A DNA stretch of 64,000 nt from a virus. Shown piece by piece: positions 1 through 6,462 of the stretch; position 1 is the stretch's first letter; every line of letters begins with the position of its first letter. The notes beneath the pieces are model-generated. The model saw only the letters and a program-made list of their open reading frames with translations. It was not told the origin of the DNA and did no database searches. The stretch lies in IMG/VR virus record IMGVR_UViG_3300036766_002288, positions 64,001 through 128,000 of that record; one strand, given 5' to 3'. The translations under genes were made by a program, and so were the position numbers.

Positions 1-876
1 AATCTCTAAAGTGCCTGGCTTTTTTTCCTGAATACTCTTCCTAATGTCAATCAAGTCCGTCGTATTAGCAGCTGTGTTCAACCTGACAAAATTTTTCTCA
101 ATATCAAAGTTAGCGATATTGTCATCATCTGCGATTAAATGTTTTGGACTGAAATTATTTACAACGTACTCCTTTTTGCCAGAAGCTGGGTCGTAAATAA
201 TGATGTGCTTTTCTTGAAAAGCTTCGCTAAAAGTTAATTGTAATGGCGACCCAATATATTCGACATTGCCTAGCTTCTGTTCTCCATGATAATGCCCTAA
301 AAACACCTGCTCCCAATGTGTGAATAATTCAGGCCCAACTTTAACCATGTCCCCATCATGCTCTAAAATAACATCAGCCAAACTACTAAAAAGACCATGT
401 AGCTCAGCACCATGTACCGCTAAATGACCTACTAATAATTTGTTTTGATTTTTTTCTAGAGTTTTTAAATGTTCGATTGGATTGCGAACGAATGGGAGAA
501 AATCAATGATATTCCCAGCAATTTCTATTGAACATGCTTTGTCAATAATGGTTACTTTTGGCAACGCCGAAAAAGGCAAAACACTATTAATGTCCCATTT
601 GTCTTGGAACCAAAGATCGTGATTGCCTAGAAGTAACCAAAGATTTATGCTGCCATCACAGTATTTTGACAATATGTCAAATGTTAAACAATAGGTGTGA
701 ATATCTATTTTTTGGCGATCTTGAAGCAAATCGCCAGCAAAAACAATGTCCTTGATACCCCTGGTCTTAGCAGTTTCAAACACCCACTCTAAAGCTTTCA
801 GACAATCTTGGAGTCGTTCAAAACTCCTCTTGTGCGTGTAAATGTGTGAATCTGCAAAAAGTAATATTTCACTCAT
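1..876 (-). CDS. Mre11/SbcD-like metallophosphoesterase (T4 gp47-like recombination nuclease subunit), runs off the window edge
   Basis: Not in ORF track (no stop in window). Manual translation from ATG at 876: MSEILLFADSH...FAGDLLQDR...LLGNHD...LVGHL...FLGHYH...YIGSPLQLTFSE, the five phosphoesterase motifs. Confidence 0.9.
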   Translation of the reverse strand, partial: MSEILLFADSHIYTHKRSFERLQDCLKALEWVFETAKTRGIKDIVFAGDLLQDRQKIDIHTYCLTFDILSKYCDGSINLWLLLGNHDLWFQDKWDINSVLPFSALPKVTIIDKACSIEIAGNIIDFLPFVRNPIEHLKTLEKNQNKLLVGHLAVHGAELHGLFSSLADVILEHDGDMVKVGPELFTHWEQVFLGHYHGEQKLGNVEYIGSPLQLTFSEAFQEKHIIIYDPASGKKEYVVNNFSPKHLIADDDNIANFDIEKNFVRLNTAANTTDLIDIRKSIQEKKPGTLEI

Positions 877-911
877 ACCAAGGATTATAGCAATGTATCC
901 GAAAATAACAA

Positions 912-1247
912 TTACTTTTTGGTTTCGTTACCTGATAGTAACTTCTCAAGTATCTTCCAAACATTGATTTCAGGCATTTTGAAAATAGGTTGCATTCCTG
1001 CGGCTCCACCTGCACCGCCGCCTGGTGGTGGCATACCGCCCCCTGGACCCCCTCCTAAACCACCTAATGAAGGTGGTGGACCACCTCCTAATGGTGGCAT
1101 ACCGCCCCCTGGACCTCCCAATGGCCCTGCGCCTGGTGGTAATGAAGCTGGACCTCCTCCTGGTGGACCGCCTGCTGGGGCGGGTGGTGGCCCTGGTGGG
1201 GCTTCATTCAAAATAACTTCACTTAGGAACTTTTTAAAAGTTTTCAC
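912..1247 (-). CDS. Pro/Gly-rich small protein with T4 capsid-targeting-like N-terminus
   Basis: MKTFKKFLSE start, PPGGG low-complexity core, TATATA 4 nt upstream of the GTG. Confidence 0.7.
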   Translation of the reverse strand: MKTFKKFLSEVILNEAPPGPPPAPAGGPPGGGPASLPPGAGPLGGPGGGMPPLGGGPPPSLGGLGGGPGGGMPPPGGGAGGAAGMQPIFKMPEINVWKILEKLLSGNETKK

Positions 1248-1289
1248 TTAATATATAGTATGGTTACTAAAATAAGCAAGGGGTTAGCT

Positions 1290-2147
1290 ATGCATAATTT
1301 AGAAATTGGCCCATTATCCTTAACTTTCATGAGAACGGTTCGCGTTAAAGAAGTCGATACTTCTAATCTTCCGCCTGGTATGGGCTGCATGGATATTTAC
1401 AAAGTTTCTGATTATGGTGAAAATTGTCCCAATTCCTGGGATAGAGATGCTTATTTCATAGCAATGCACGACATTGAAGCCATGTGGATGAATTTTCAGT
1501 GCTGCACTCCTGTCGCCATATTAATCAGCGCAGGTAACATCAACGCTATTTCTGGAGAAGAATTTGAAAACAAACTAGCCAAGGACAATTATTTAATAGC
1601 CCCACCACAACCTTGGCTAGATGGTTGGAAAAGCAACGATGGTAGTGTTTATCAATTCGTTTCAACCACGGCAGGCGAAGGATTAAGTGTCGGAGAACAG
1701 ATTTCAAAAACTAAAGATCATGCAATGCAAATTTCAGTATTTGAACCAAAAGACCCAGAAAAATTACGTAATACATTGAATACACCAAGAACAACTTGGG
1801 GTATGTCTGATGACGATGAATGTATTGCTAGTGATTATGACTTTTGCAAATGTGGGTCATTAAAAATGTGCGCAAGTGAAATGGCAGTCGGAAAAGGTGG
1901 AAAAATAATACAAAAAATATACGAAGACCCACATGGAATTGAAGAGTGGAAAGAAAATCCTACAAAAACTGTAAAGGTTTACTTAATTAATGCTGCACAG
2001 TTTGCAGAAATTACAAATAAGGAAATGCCACCAACGCCAGTCAGTAATCAAGAATACCAAGGTATGTGGTATGGACTAGACGACAACCACCTTAATGGCA
2101 CAACTGGTTCGGCAATTTTCAATAATTTAAAAAGTGTAGGAACCTAA
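1290..2147 (+). CDS. Conserved uncharacterised protein (RTxR..LPPGxG / QPWLDG / QF family)
   Basis: Motifs FMRTVRV..LPPGMG, AMWMNF, INAISGE, PQPWLDGW, QFV..GEG.SVGEQ recalled from a widespread hypothetical family. Confidence 0.7.
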   Translation: MHNLEIGPLSLTFMRTVRVKEVDTSNLPPGMGCMDIYKVSDYGENCPNSWDRDAYFIAMHDIEAMWMNFQCCTPVAILISAGNINAISGEEFENKLAKDNYLIAPPQPWLDGWKSNDGSVYQFVSTTAGEGLSVGEQISKTKDHAMQISVFEPKDPEKLRNTLNTPRTTWGMSDDDECIASDYDFCKCGSLKMCASEMAVGKGGKIIQKIYEDPHGIEEWKENPTKTVKVYLINAAQFAEITNKEMPPTPVSNQEYQGMWYGLDDNHLNGTTGSAIFNNLKSVGT

Positions 2148-2149
2148 TC

Positions 2150-2470
2150 ATGAAGACAATTTTTGCTCTAATTTTCGGACTAACCTTGTTTCTAACAACA
2201 GTTATGGCCGATGCGCAAGTAATAGTGACAAGACGAGAATCAAAAATTTATTATCCTGTTGCTATACAAAATAGCCAGTGGCGAACTTTTTTTGTCGCAC
2301 CACATGGCTTTTACTACGATAATCGTGGTCACTTAACACCAGTTGGTTTTCGTTTCCATACCACGTTTAGACGTGGCGACCATGTATATGGCAGGGTAGT
2401 AAGACTACGTGTAGTAGCTACTCCAGTAGTAACTTTTGGTGCATGGACGTATACTCCAGAATGGCGATAA
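2150..2470 (+). CDS. Secreted/membrane hypothetical protein
   Basis: N-terminal signal peptide (MKTIFALIFGLTLFLTTVMADA). Confidence 0.65.
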   Translation: MKTIFALIFGLTLFLTTVMADAQVIVTRRESKIYYPVAIQNSQWRTFFVAPHGFYYDNRGHLTPVGFRFHTTFRRGDHVYGRVVRLRVVATPVVTFGAWTYTPEWR

Positions 2471-2477
2471 AAAGTTC

Positions 2478-2505
2478 TTGACAAGTCAGAAATTCATGCT
2501 AAGAT
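2478..2505 (+). promoter_or_regulatory. Sigma70-type promoter for the leader/tRNA operon
   Basis: TTGACA (2478-2483), 16 nt, TAAGAT (2500-2505) with upstream TG; the same architecture recurs at 14344 and 28118. Confidence 0.7.
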
Positions 2506-2570
2506 AACAGTGTAAGATTTTTATCTAGAAAAATTTGGGTCCGTTGCATATATTAAGTAAGGAATTTAAA

Positions 2571-2648
2571 ATGTTTAATTTATCCGTAAGTTTGCTGTCC
2601 AGTTTATCATCGTTACTCTATAGTAACGCGGGAAGAGGGACCGAGTAA
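2571..2648 (+). CDS. Attenuator leader peptide, 25 aa, Ser/Leu-rich (MFNLSVSLLSSLSSLLYSNAGRGTE)
   Basis: AAGGA SD then ATG 2571; codons 4-18 = 6 Leu, 7 Ser, 1 Tyr, 1 Val; TAA at 2646-2648 lies 20 nt before a terminator. Confidence 0.85.
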   Translation: MFNLSVSLLSSLSSLLYSNAGRGTE

Positions 2649-2683
2649 GCATACGGATTTCAGGGTTAAAAACCCACCGTGAG
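2649..2683 (+). promoter_or_regulatory. Antiterminator hairpin (region 2:3)
   Basis: TACGG(2652-56):CCGTG(2677-81) and GGGTT(2663-67):AACCC(2671-75) sequester the 5' arm of the terminator. Confidence 0.7.
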
Positions 2684-2708
2684 CCGAAAGGTTTACGGTG
2701 GGTTTTTT
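2668..2708 (+). terminator. Intrinsic terminator (attenuator region 3:4)
   Basis: AACCCACCGTGAGCC-GAAA-GGTTTACGGTGGGTT, 15 bp with G.U pairs, followed by a T-tract. Confidence 0.9.
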
Positions 2709-2713
2709 GTTGG

Positions 2714-2725
2714 GTTCTTTGACAA
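2714..2725 (+). promoter_or_regulatory. boxA-like Nus antitermination element
   Basis: GTTCTTTGACAA resembles rrn boxA (GCTCTTTAACAA / GTTCTTTGAAAA), located between terminator and first tRNA. Confidence 0.6.
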
Positions 2726-2740
2726 TTTGGCTAGATTCTT

Positions 2741-2823
2741 GGTAGGTTCGGCATTGGCAAGCCAGCTTATTTCGAAAATAAGTAAACCGAAAGGTTTTGA
2801 GAATTCAACTTTCTCACCTACCG
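2741..2823 (+). tRNA. tRNA-Ser(CGA)
   Basis: GGTAGGT/ACCTACC acceptor, G73, CTTAT-TTCGAAA-ATAAG, long variable arm. Confidence 0.9.
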
Positions 2824-2852
2824 CTATACCTTAGTTGTACTGACTAAGGAAA

Positions 2853-2938
2853 GGGTGCTGTTCCACACGCTTGTCTGTAAAACAAGTGCCATTAATATGT
2901 GTGGTGGATGGCGATGGGTTCAAATCCTACGGTGCCCA
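2853..2938 (+). tRNA. Atypical D-armless tRNA-Tyr(GTA)-like RNA
   Basis: GGGTGCT/GGTGCCC acceptor (3 G.U), A73, GCTTGT-CTGTAAA-ACAAGT, TTCAAAT T-loop; only 9 nt in place of the D-arm. Confidence 0.65.
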
Positions 2939-2945
2939 CTTGAAA

Positions 2946-3030
2946 TGTAGCGTTTGGGCATTGGCAAGCCCCACTGACTGTAAATCAGCCGCCCTATGGG
3001 CATTGTAGATTCGACTCCTGCACGCTGCAC
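2946..3030 (+). tRNA. tRNA-Tyr(GTA)
   Basis: TGTAGCG/CGCTGCA acceptor, CTGA-CTGTAAA-TCAG, variable arm, TTCGACT T-loop. Confidence 0.85.
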
Positions 3031-3036
3031 TGACTT

Positions 3037-3125
3037 GGAGTAAATTGAAAGTGGCTATTCTAATCACTCCGCTAAAGTGACAGGTGGGGAAACCCGCCTT
3101 GTGAGTTCGACGCTCACTTACTCCG
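3037..3125 (+). tRNA. tRNA-Ser(GCT)
   Basis: GGAGTAA/TTACTCC, G73, TCACT-CCGCTAA-AGTGA (C at 33), long variable arm. Confidence 0.85.
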
Positions 3126-3190
3126 CTTCAATAAATTTTCCAAAAATTTATTGAACGGTTACTCTTGTATTATTATACAAGGAGTAATCT

Positions 3191-3742
3191 ATGAAAAATT
3201 TAGAAGTCGAAATTATGACATTAAGGGAAGATGGGCATTCTTACAACGCCATAGCAAAAAAACTAAATTGTTCTAAAGGCACAATTAGTTATTATTGCGG
3301 TGAAGGACAAAAACAAAAAAGTAAAACAAGGATTCAGAATAGAAGAAAAAATACTGTAATTTCGAAACGTGTTGAAAACTTTCAAATTGATAGAAAAATA
3401 AGAGACAAATCTGAAGATTTTCAACGGGAAAGAATAATTGTTAAGAGTAAAACTCGTTTAGGCAAACGGTCTTTGACATTTACTTGGAGAGATGTAATTG
3501 ATAAATTCGGATGGGAAACAATATGTTATCTAACTGGAAGGGCTATAAATTTAAGAGAGCCGAAAACTTATCAGTTTGACCATATACATCCTTACGGCAA
3601 AGGAGGAAGTTCAACTTTAGATAATTTAGGTATTCTTATTAAAGAAGTAAATCAAGCTAAGGCAGACATGACCGTTGAAGAATTTTTAAATCTATGTAAA
3701 GACGTTTTGGAATATAATGGCTATGAAGTAAAACGTTTGTAA
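3191..3742 (+). CDS. HNH homing endonuclease with N-terminal HTH
   Basis: HTH LREDGHSYNAIAKKLNCSKGTISYY; CYLTG...FDHIHP..KGG....NL......VNQAK. Confidence 0.85.
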   Translation: MKNLEVEIMTLREDGHSYNAIAKKLNCSKGTISYYCGEGQKQKSKTRIQNRRKNTVISKRVENFQIDRKIRDKSEDFQRERIIVKSKTRLGKRSLTFTWRDVIDKFGWETICYLTGRAINLREPKTYQFDHIHPYGKGGSSTLDNLGILIKEVNQAKADMTVEEFLNLCKDVLEYNGYEVKRL

Positions 3743-3760
3743 ATGGAAGCTTCCGCTTAT

Positions 3761-3834
3761 GGCACAGTAGGCAATTAGCAGACCACTTTCGCTTAAAACG
3801 AGAGATGCTGTCAGTGCAAATCTGACCTGTGCTA
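3761..3834 (+). tRNA. tRNA with Leu(TAA) anticodon, short variable loop
   Basis: GGCACAG/CTGTGCT, A73, CTTTCG-CTTAAAA-CGAGAG, T-loop TGCAAAT. Confidence 0.85.
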
Positions 3835-3838
3835 CTTT

Positions 3839-3912
3839 GGCGACGTAGGCAATTAGCAGACCACTTAGACTCAGACTCTGAGATGCTGTCAGTGCAAGTC
3901 TGACCGTCGCTA
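3839..3912 (+). tRNA. tRNA with Leu(CAG) anticodon, short variable loop
   Basis: GGCGACG/CGTCGCT, CTTAGA-CTCAGAC-TCTGAG, T-loop TGCAAGT. Confidence 0.85.
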
Positions 3913-3918
3913 CTTTTT

Positions 3919-3992
3919 GGCAACGTAGGCAATTAGCAGACCACTTTCTTTCAAACGGAGAGATGCTATGGGTGCGAGTCCCATCGTTGCTA
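3919..3992 (+). tRNA. tRNA with Leu(CAA) anticodon, short variable loop
   Basis: GGCAACG/CGTTGCT, CTTTCT-TTCAAAC-GGAGAG, T-loop TGCGAGT. Confidence 0.85.
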
Positions 3993-4175
3993 CTATGATA
4001 CCTAGACGTTTCAGAATACTATCTTCGTCCTCAATTATGACAGAATTAGGGATCAAAGACACCTATGGTGTTTTCTTTCCTGACTTTGGCACATTCATTA
4101 TAATGTCTGAAGAAAGAGGAATAGATGAGTTTGATGGTTGTCCCGAAGATGTTGAGTGGTTGGACTAGATAGTAT

Positions 4176-4922
4176 ATGGCTATTTTCCTAGAACATGTGA
4201 ATAAGCGAGATTTAAATAAAAGATTATTTGAAACTTTTGGCAAGTACAAAGTCTTCATTGTAGACGGCCAAGCCATTAGAAAACTTAATCTAACTGACCA
4301 TGAGTTTACTGATTCCGCCATCCATGCTACCTTTCCTAAATTAATACCAGATAAGGAAATATGGATAGATGATGTAATCAAACCGAATGAAAGATTTATA
4401 TTGATAAGTAATTTACTATCATTATACAAGTATTTAAGTAAAGAATCCTTGGACAAAGCTTATGATAAAGCATTGAAAAAAGAAAAGTCGATGAGGGAAA
4501 AGGTAGACAACGTAAGATTACATCCAGAAAAAACGAATGAAAGAGCGTCACCGAAGGTTTACAAGAGTCTATATGGTAAGATTGGAGATGTTAAGATTTG
4601 GTTGGTAGATGGGGAATACGTAAGAGATAAGTATAAGACAGATTATACCGAAGGTGGACACGATTACGTATACAAATGGATTCCACACAATGAAATTTGG
4701 ATTGAGTCCACAATGCATAAGTCTGAAATGCCTTTGATCGTTTTACATGAATTTGTGGAAAGAACATTGATGAAGACCAAGGGAATAGAGTATGATAAGG
4801 CACATACGATTGCATCGAAAGTGGAATTTGCAAAAGAAGATAAGTTTGATAGGAACGATGTTTTATCCATGACTGAGGATAAGGCATTGAAGATGGACGA
4901 GACGCGAGTGGTTAGCAACTGA
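4176..4922 (+). CDS. Hypothetical protein with internal domain duplication and HExxE motif
   Basis: (V/W)xVDGxxxR...IPxxEIWI occurs twice; LHEFVERTLM..H in the second copy. Confidence 0.75.
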   Translation: MAIFLEHVNKRDLNKRLFETFGKYKVFIVDGQAIRKLNLTDHEFTDSAIHATFPKLIPDKEIWIDDVIKPNERFILISNLLSLYKYLSKESLDKAYDKALKKEKSMREKVDNVRLHPEKTNERASPKVYKSLYGKIGDVKIWLVDGEYVRDKYKTDYTEGGHDYVYKWIPHNEIWIESTMHKSEMPLIVLHEFVERTLMKTKGIEYDKAHTIASKVEFAKEDKFDRNDVLSMTEDKALKMDETRVVSN

Positions 4923-4977
4923 TTTTGAAAATCAGGGGACCGAAAGGTTCTGTGGGTTCGAATCCCATCTCGATCCG
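4895..4977 (+). tRNA. tRNA-Ser(TGA), bulged acceptor stem; overlaps 3' end of upstream CDS
   Basis: GGACGAG/CTCG[A]TCC, G73, CTGAT-TTTGAAA-ATCAG, variable arm, TTCGAAT. Confidence 0.8.
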
Positions 4978-4980
4978 CTT

Positions 4981-5067
4981 GGAGCGTTGGCAGAGTGGCT
5001 GAATGCGCTAGTCTTGAAAACTAGAGTCCCCTCACGGGGACCGAGGGTTCAAATCCTTCACGCTCCG
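4981..5067 (+). tRNA. tRNA-Ser(TGA)
   Basis: Canonical: GGAGCGT/ACGCTCC, CTAGT-CTTGAAA-ACTAG, long variable arm. Confidence 0.95.
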
Positions 5068-5115
5068 TACAATAAAATTATCATAATTTTTATTGAACCC
5101 TAACTATGTTAGGGC

Positions 5116-5640
5116 ATGAAAGAACAAATATTAAAACTCCGTGCAGAAGGTTTGTCTTATAGGGAAATCTGTGCCCGATTAGACTGCTCAAAAAGTGTAG
5201 TGTCCTACCATTGTGGGGATGGACAAAAAGTAAAAACTAGGATTAGGGCACAAAAAAGACGAGGCAGGGCGGTTGTAGATAATAAAATTTATAGATTCAA
5301 AAATAAAAAAGCCTTGAGAGACAAAACGAACGATTTCCAACGAAGAGAAGGGGGCAAGCTTAAAATTAGAAAAATTATTTTTAATTATGAAGATGTAATG
5401 CAAAAATTTGGAGAAACCCCTATATGCTATTTAACGGGAAGAGAAATAAATTTAGAAGACACAAAAAACTATCACTTTGACCATATTATACCAGCAACGC
5501 GCGGCGGCTCAAACGATATAGATAATTTAGGACTAGCGTGTAAAGAAGCAAATAAAGCTAAGTCAGATATGACAATAAATGAGTTTATACAAATTTGTAA
5601 AGAAGTATTAGAGCATAATGGTTACAGGGTAATTAAGTAA
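5116..5640 (+). CDS. HNH homing endonuclease with HTH (paralog of 3191-3742)
   Basis: LRAEGLSYREICARLDCSKSVVSYH; CYLTG..FDHIIP..RGGSN...NL...CKEANKAK. Confidence 0.85.
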   Translation: MKEQILKLRAEGLSYREICARLDCSKSVVSYHCGDGQKVKTRIRAQKRRGRAVVDNKIYRFKNKKALRDKTNDFQRREGGKLKIRKIIFNYEDVMQKFGETPICYLTGREINLEDTKNYHFDHIIPATRGGSNDIDNLGLACKEANKAKSDMTINEFIQICKEVLEHNGYRVIK

Positions 5641-5642
5641 TT

Positions 5643-5729
5643 GGACGGTTTGGACATTGGCAAGTCCCCTTAGTTGGAAACTAAGTACACCCGAAAGGGT
5701 GTGTAGAGTTCGAATCTCTAACCGCTCCG
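5643..5729 (+). tRNA. tRNA-Ser(GGA), bulged acceptor stem
   Basis: GGACGGT/ACCG[C]TCC, G73, CTTAG-TTGGAAA-CTAAG, long variable arm. Confidence 0.85.
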
Positions 5730-5734
5730 CTTAT

Positions 5735-5811
5735 GGCGCAGTGATGCAACCTTCGGCAGACATTCTTGACTTAGAATCAAGATTATATGGGTTCGAATCC
5801 CATCTGCGCTA
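5735..5811 (+). tRNA. tRNA with Leu(TAG) anticodon, short variable loop
   Basis: GGCGCAG/CTGCGCT, A73, CTTGA-CTTAGAA-TCAAG, variable loop ATTAT. Confidence 0.85.
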
Positions 5812-5827
5812 GTATAATAGTGAAAAT

Positions 5828-5910
5828 GCGGTAGTGGCGGAACGGTATACGCGCTTGCTTGAGGTGCAAGTCCCTTAAGTGGGATGTGGGTTCGACTCCC
5901 ACCTACCGCA
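5828..5910 (+). tRNA. tRNA-Leu(GAG), class II
   Basis: GCGGTAG/CTACCGC, CTTGC-TTGAGGT-GCAAG, long variable arm. Confidence 0.95.
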
Positions 5911-5912
5911 CT

Positions 5913-6155
5913 ATGAAAACTACATATTATCGACAATGCAAATTGCAGAAAAAGAACACCTTCCAAACCAGCTATATTCCAGAAGAATTTGCTGTTATGA
6001 ATAAGATTATTAAACTACGTGACAACAACGTATGGGATGATGGCTGGAAGGTCATCGCAGTTAGTTCTTCACGGCACGCAGATGATAACCTGCCTGACTC
6101 TCATTCTTCAATTAAGGCACATCGTAGGGCAACTGGTGATTCACAAAGGAAATAA
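5913..6155 (+). CDS. Hypothetical protein
   Basis: ATG immediately after tRNA-Leu(GAG); the ORF-track N-terminal extension is tRNA sequence. Confidence 0.6.
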   Translation: MKTTYYRQCKLQKKNTFQTSYIPEEFAVMNKIIKLRDNNVWDDGWKVIAVSSSRHADDNLPDSHSSIKAHRRATGDSQRK

Positions 6156-6156
6156 T

Positions 6157-6441
6157 ATGTGTTTCATATATGATGAATACGCCGAACTTTACAAAGAAAA
6201 AGACGTAAAGGCAAAAAAAGAACACAAATGTTCTGAATGCGCCAGAACTATCTTTAAAAATGAGACGTATCAATATATTTTCACAATATTTCAAGGTGAT
6301 GCGACCACTACAAAGATTTGTTCAGATTGCAAGGATAAAAGACAAAAAATACATGATATAGAGATTAGTCATGGATGTAGCGAAAATGAATCTTGGCCTC
6401 CTTTAGGCGAACTAAGGGAATATTTACAACATTATGAATGA
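6157..6441 (+). CDS. Small Zn-finger protein
   Basis: KxRKxHxCxEC...CxDC pattern. Confidence 0.65.
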   Translation: MCFIYDEYAELYKEKDVKAKKEHKCSECARTIFKNETYQYIFTIFQGDATTTKICSDCKDKRQKIHDIEISHGCSENESWPPLGELREYLQHYE

Positions 6442-6462
6442 TATATACTGTAAAGGAGTATC

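Noticed and set aside
2719-2747. Second sigma70 promoter at TTGACA after the terminator
   Set aside because: No -10 hexamer at 16-18 nt spacing; better explained as boxA.
2829-2849. Stand-alone anticodon stem-loop (TAC) upstream of the Tyr-like RNA
   Set aside because: The 7-nt loop lacks U33 and a purine at 37; kept only as an unexplained hairpin.
3761-3992. Three near-identical 21-26 nt repeats at about 79-nt spacing resembling a CRISPR array
   Set aside because: Each unit folds as a full tRNA cloverleaf; the repeats are shared D-arms and no cas genes are present.
3919-3992. Possible opal suppressor (TCA) reading of TTTCAAA
   Set aside because: The 6-bp stem fixes a 7-nt loop TTCAAAC with CAA at 34-36, matching its Leu paralogs.
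4895-5729. 8/4 allo-tRNA architecture for the bulged Ser tRNAs
   Set aside because: T-stems are 5 bp and acceptors 7 bp plus a bulge, not 8/4.
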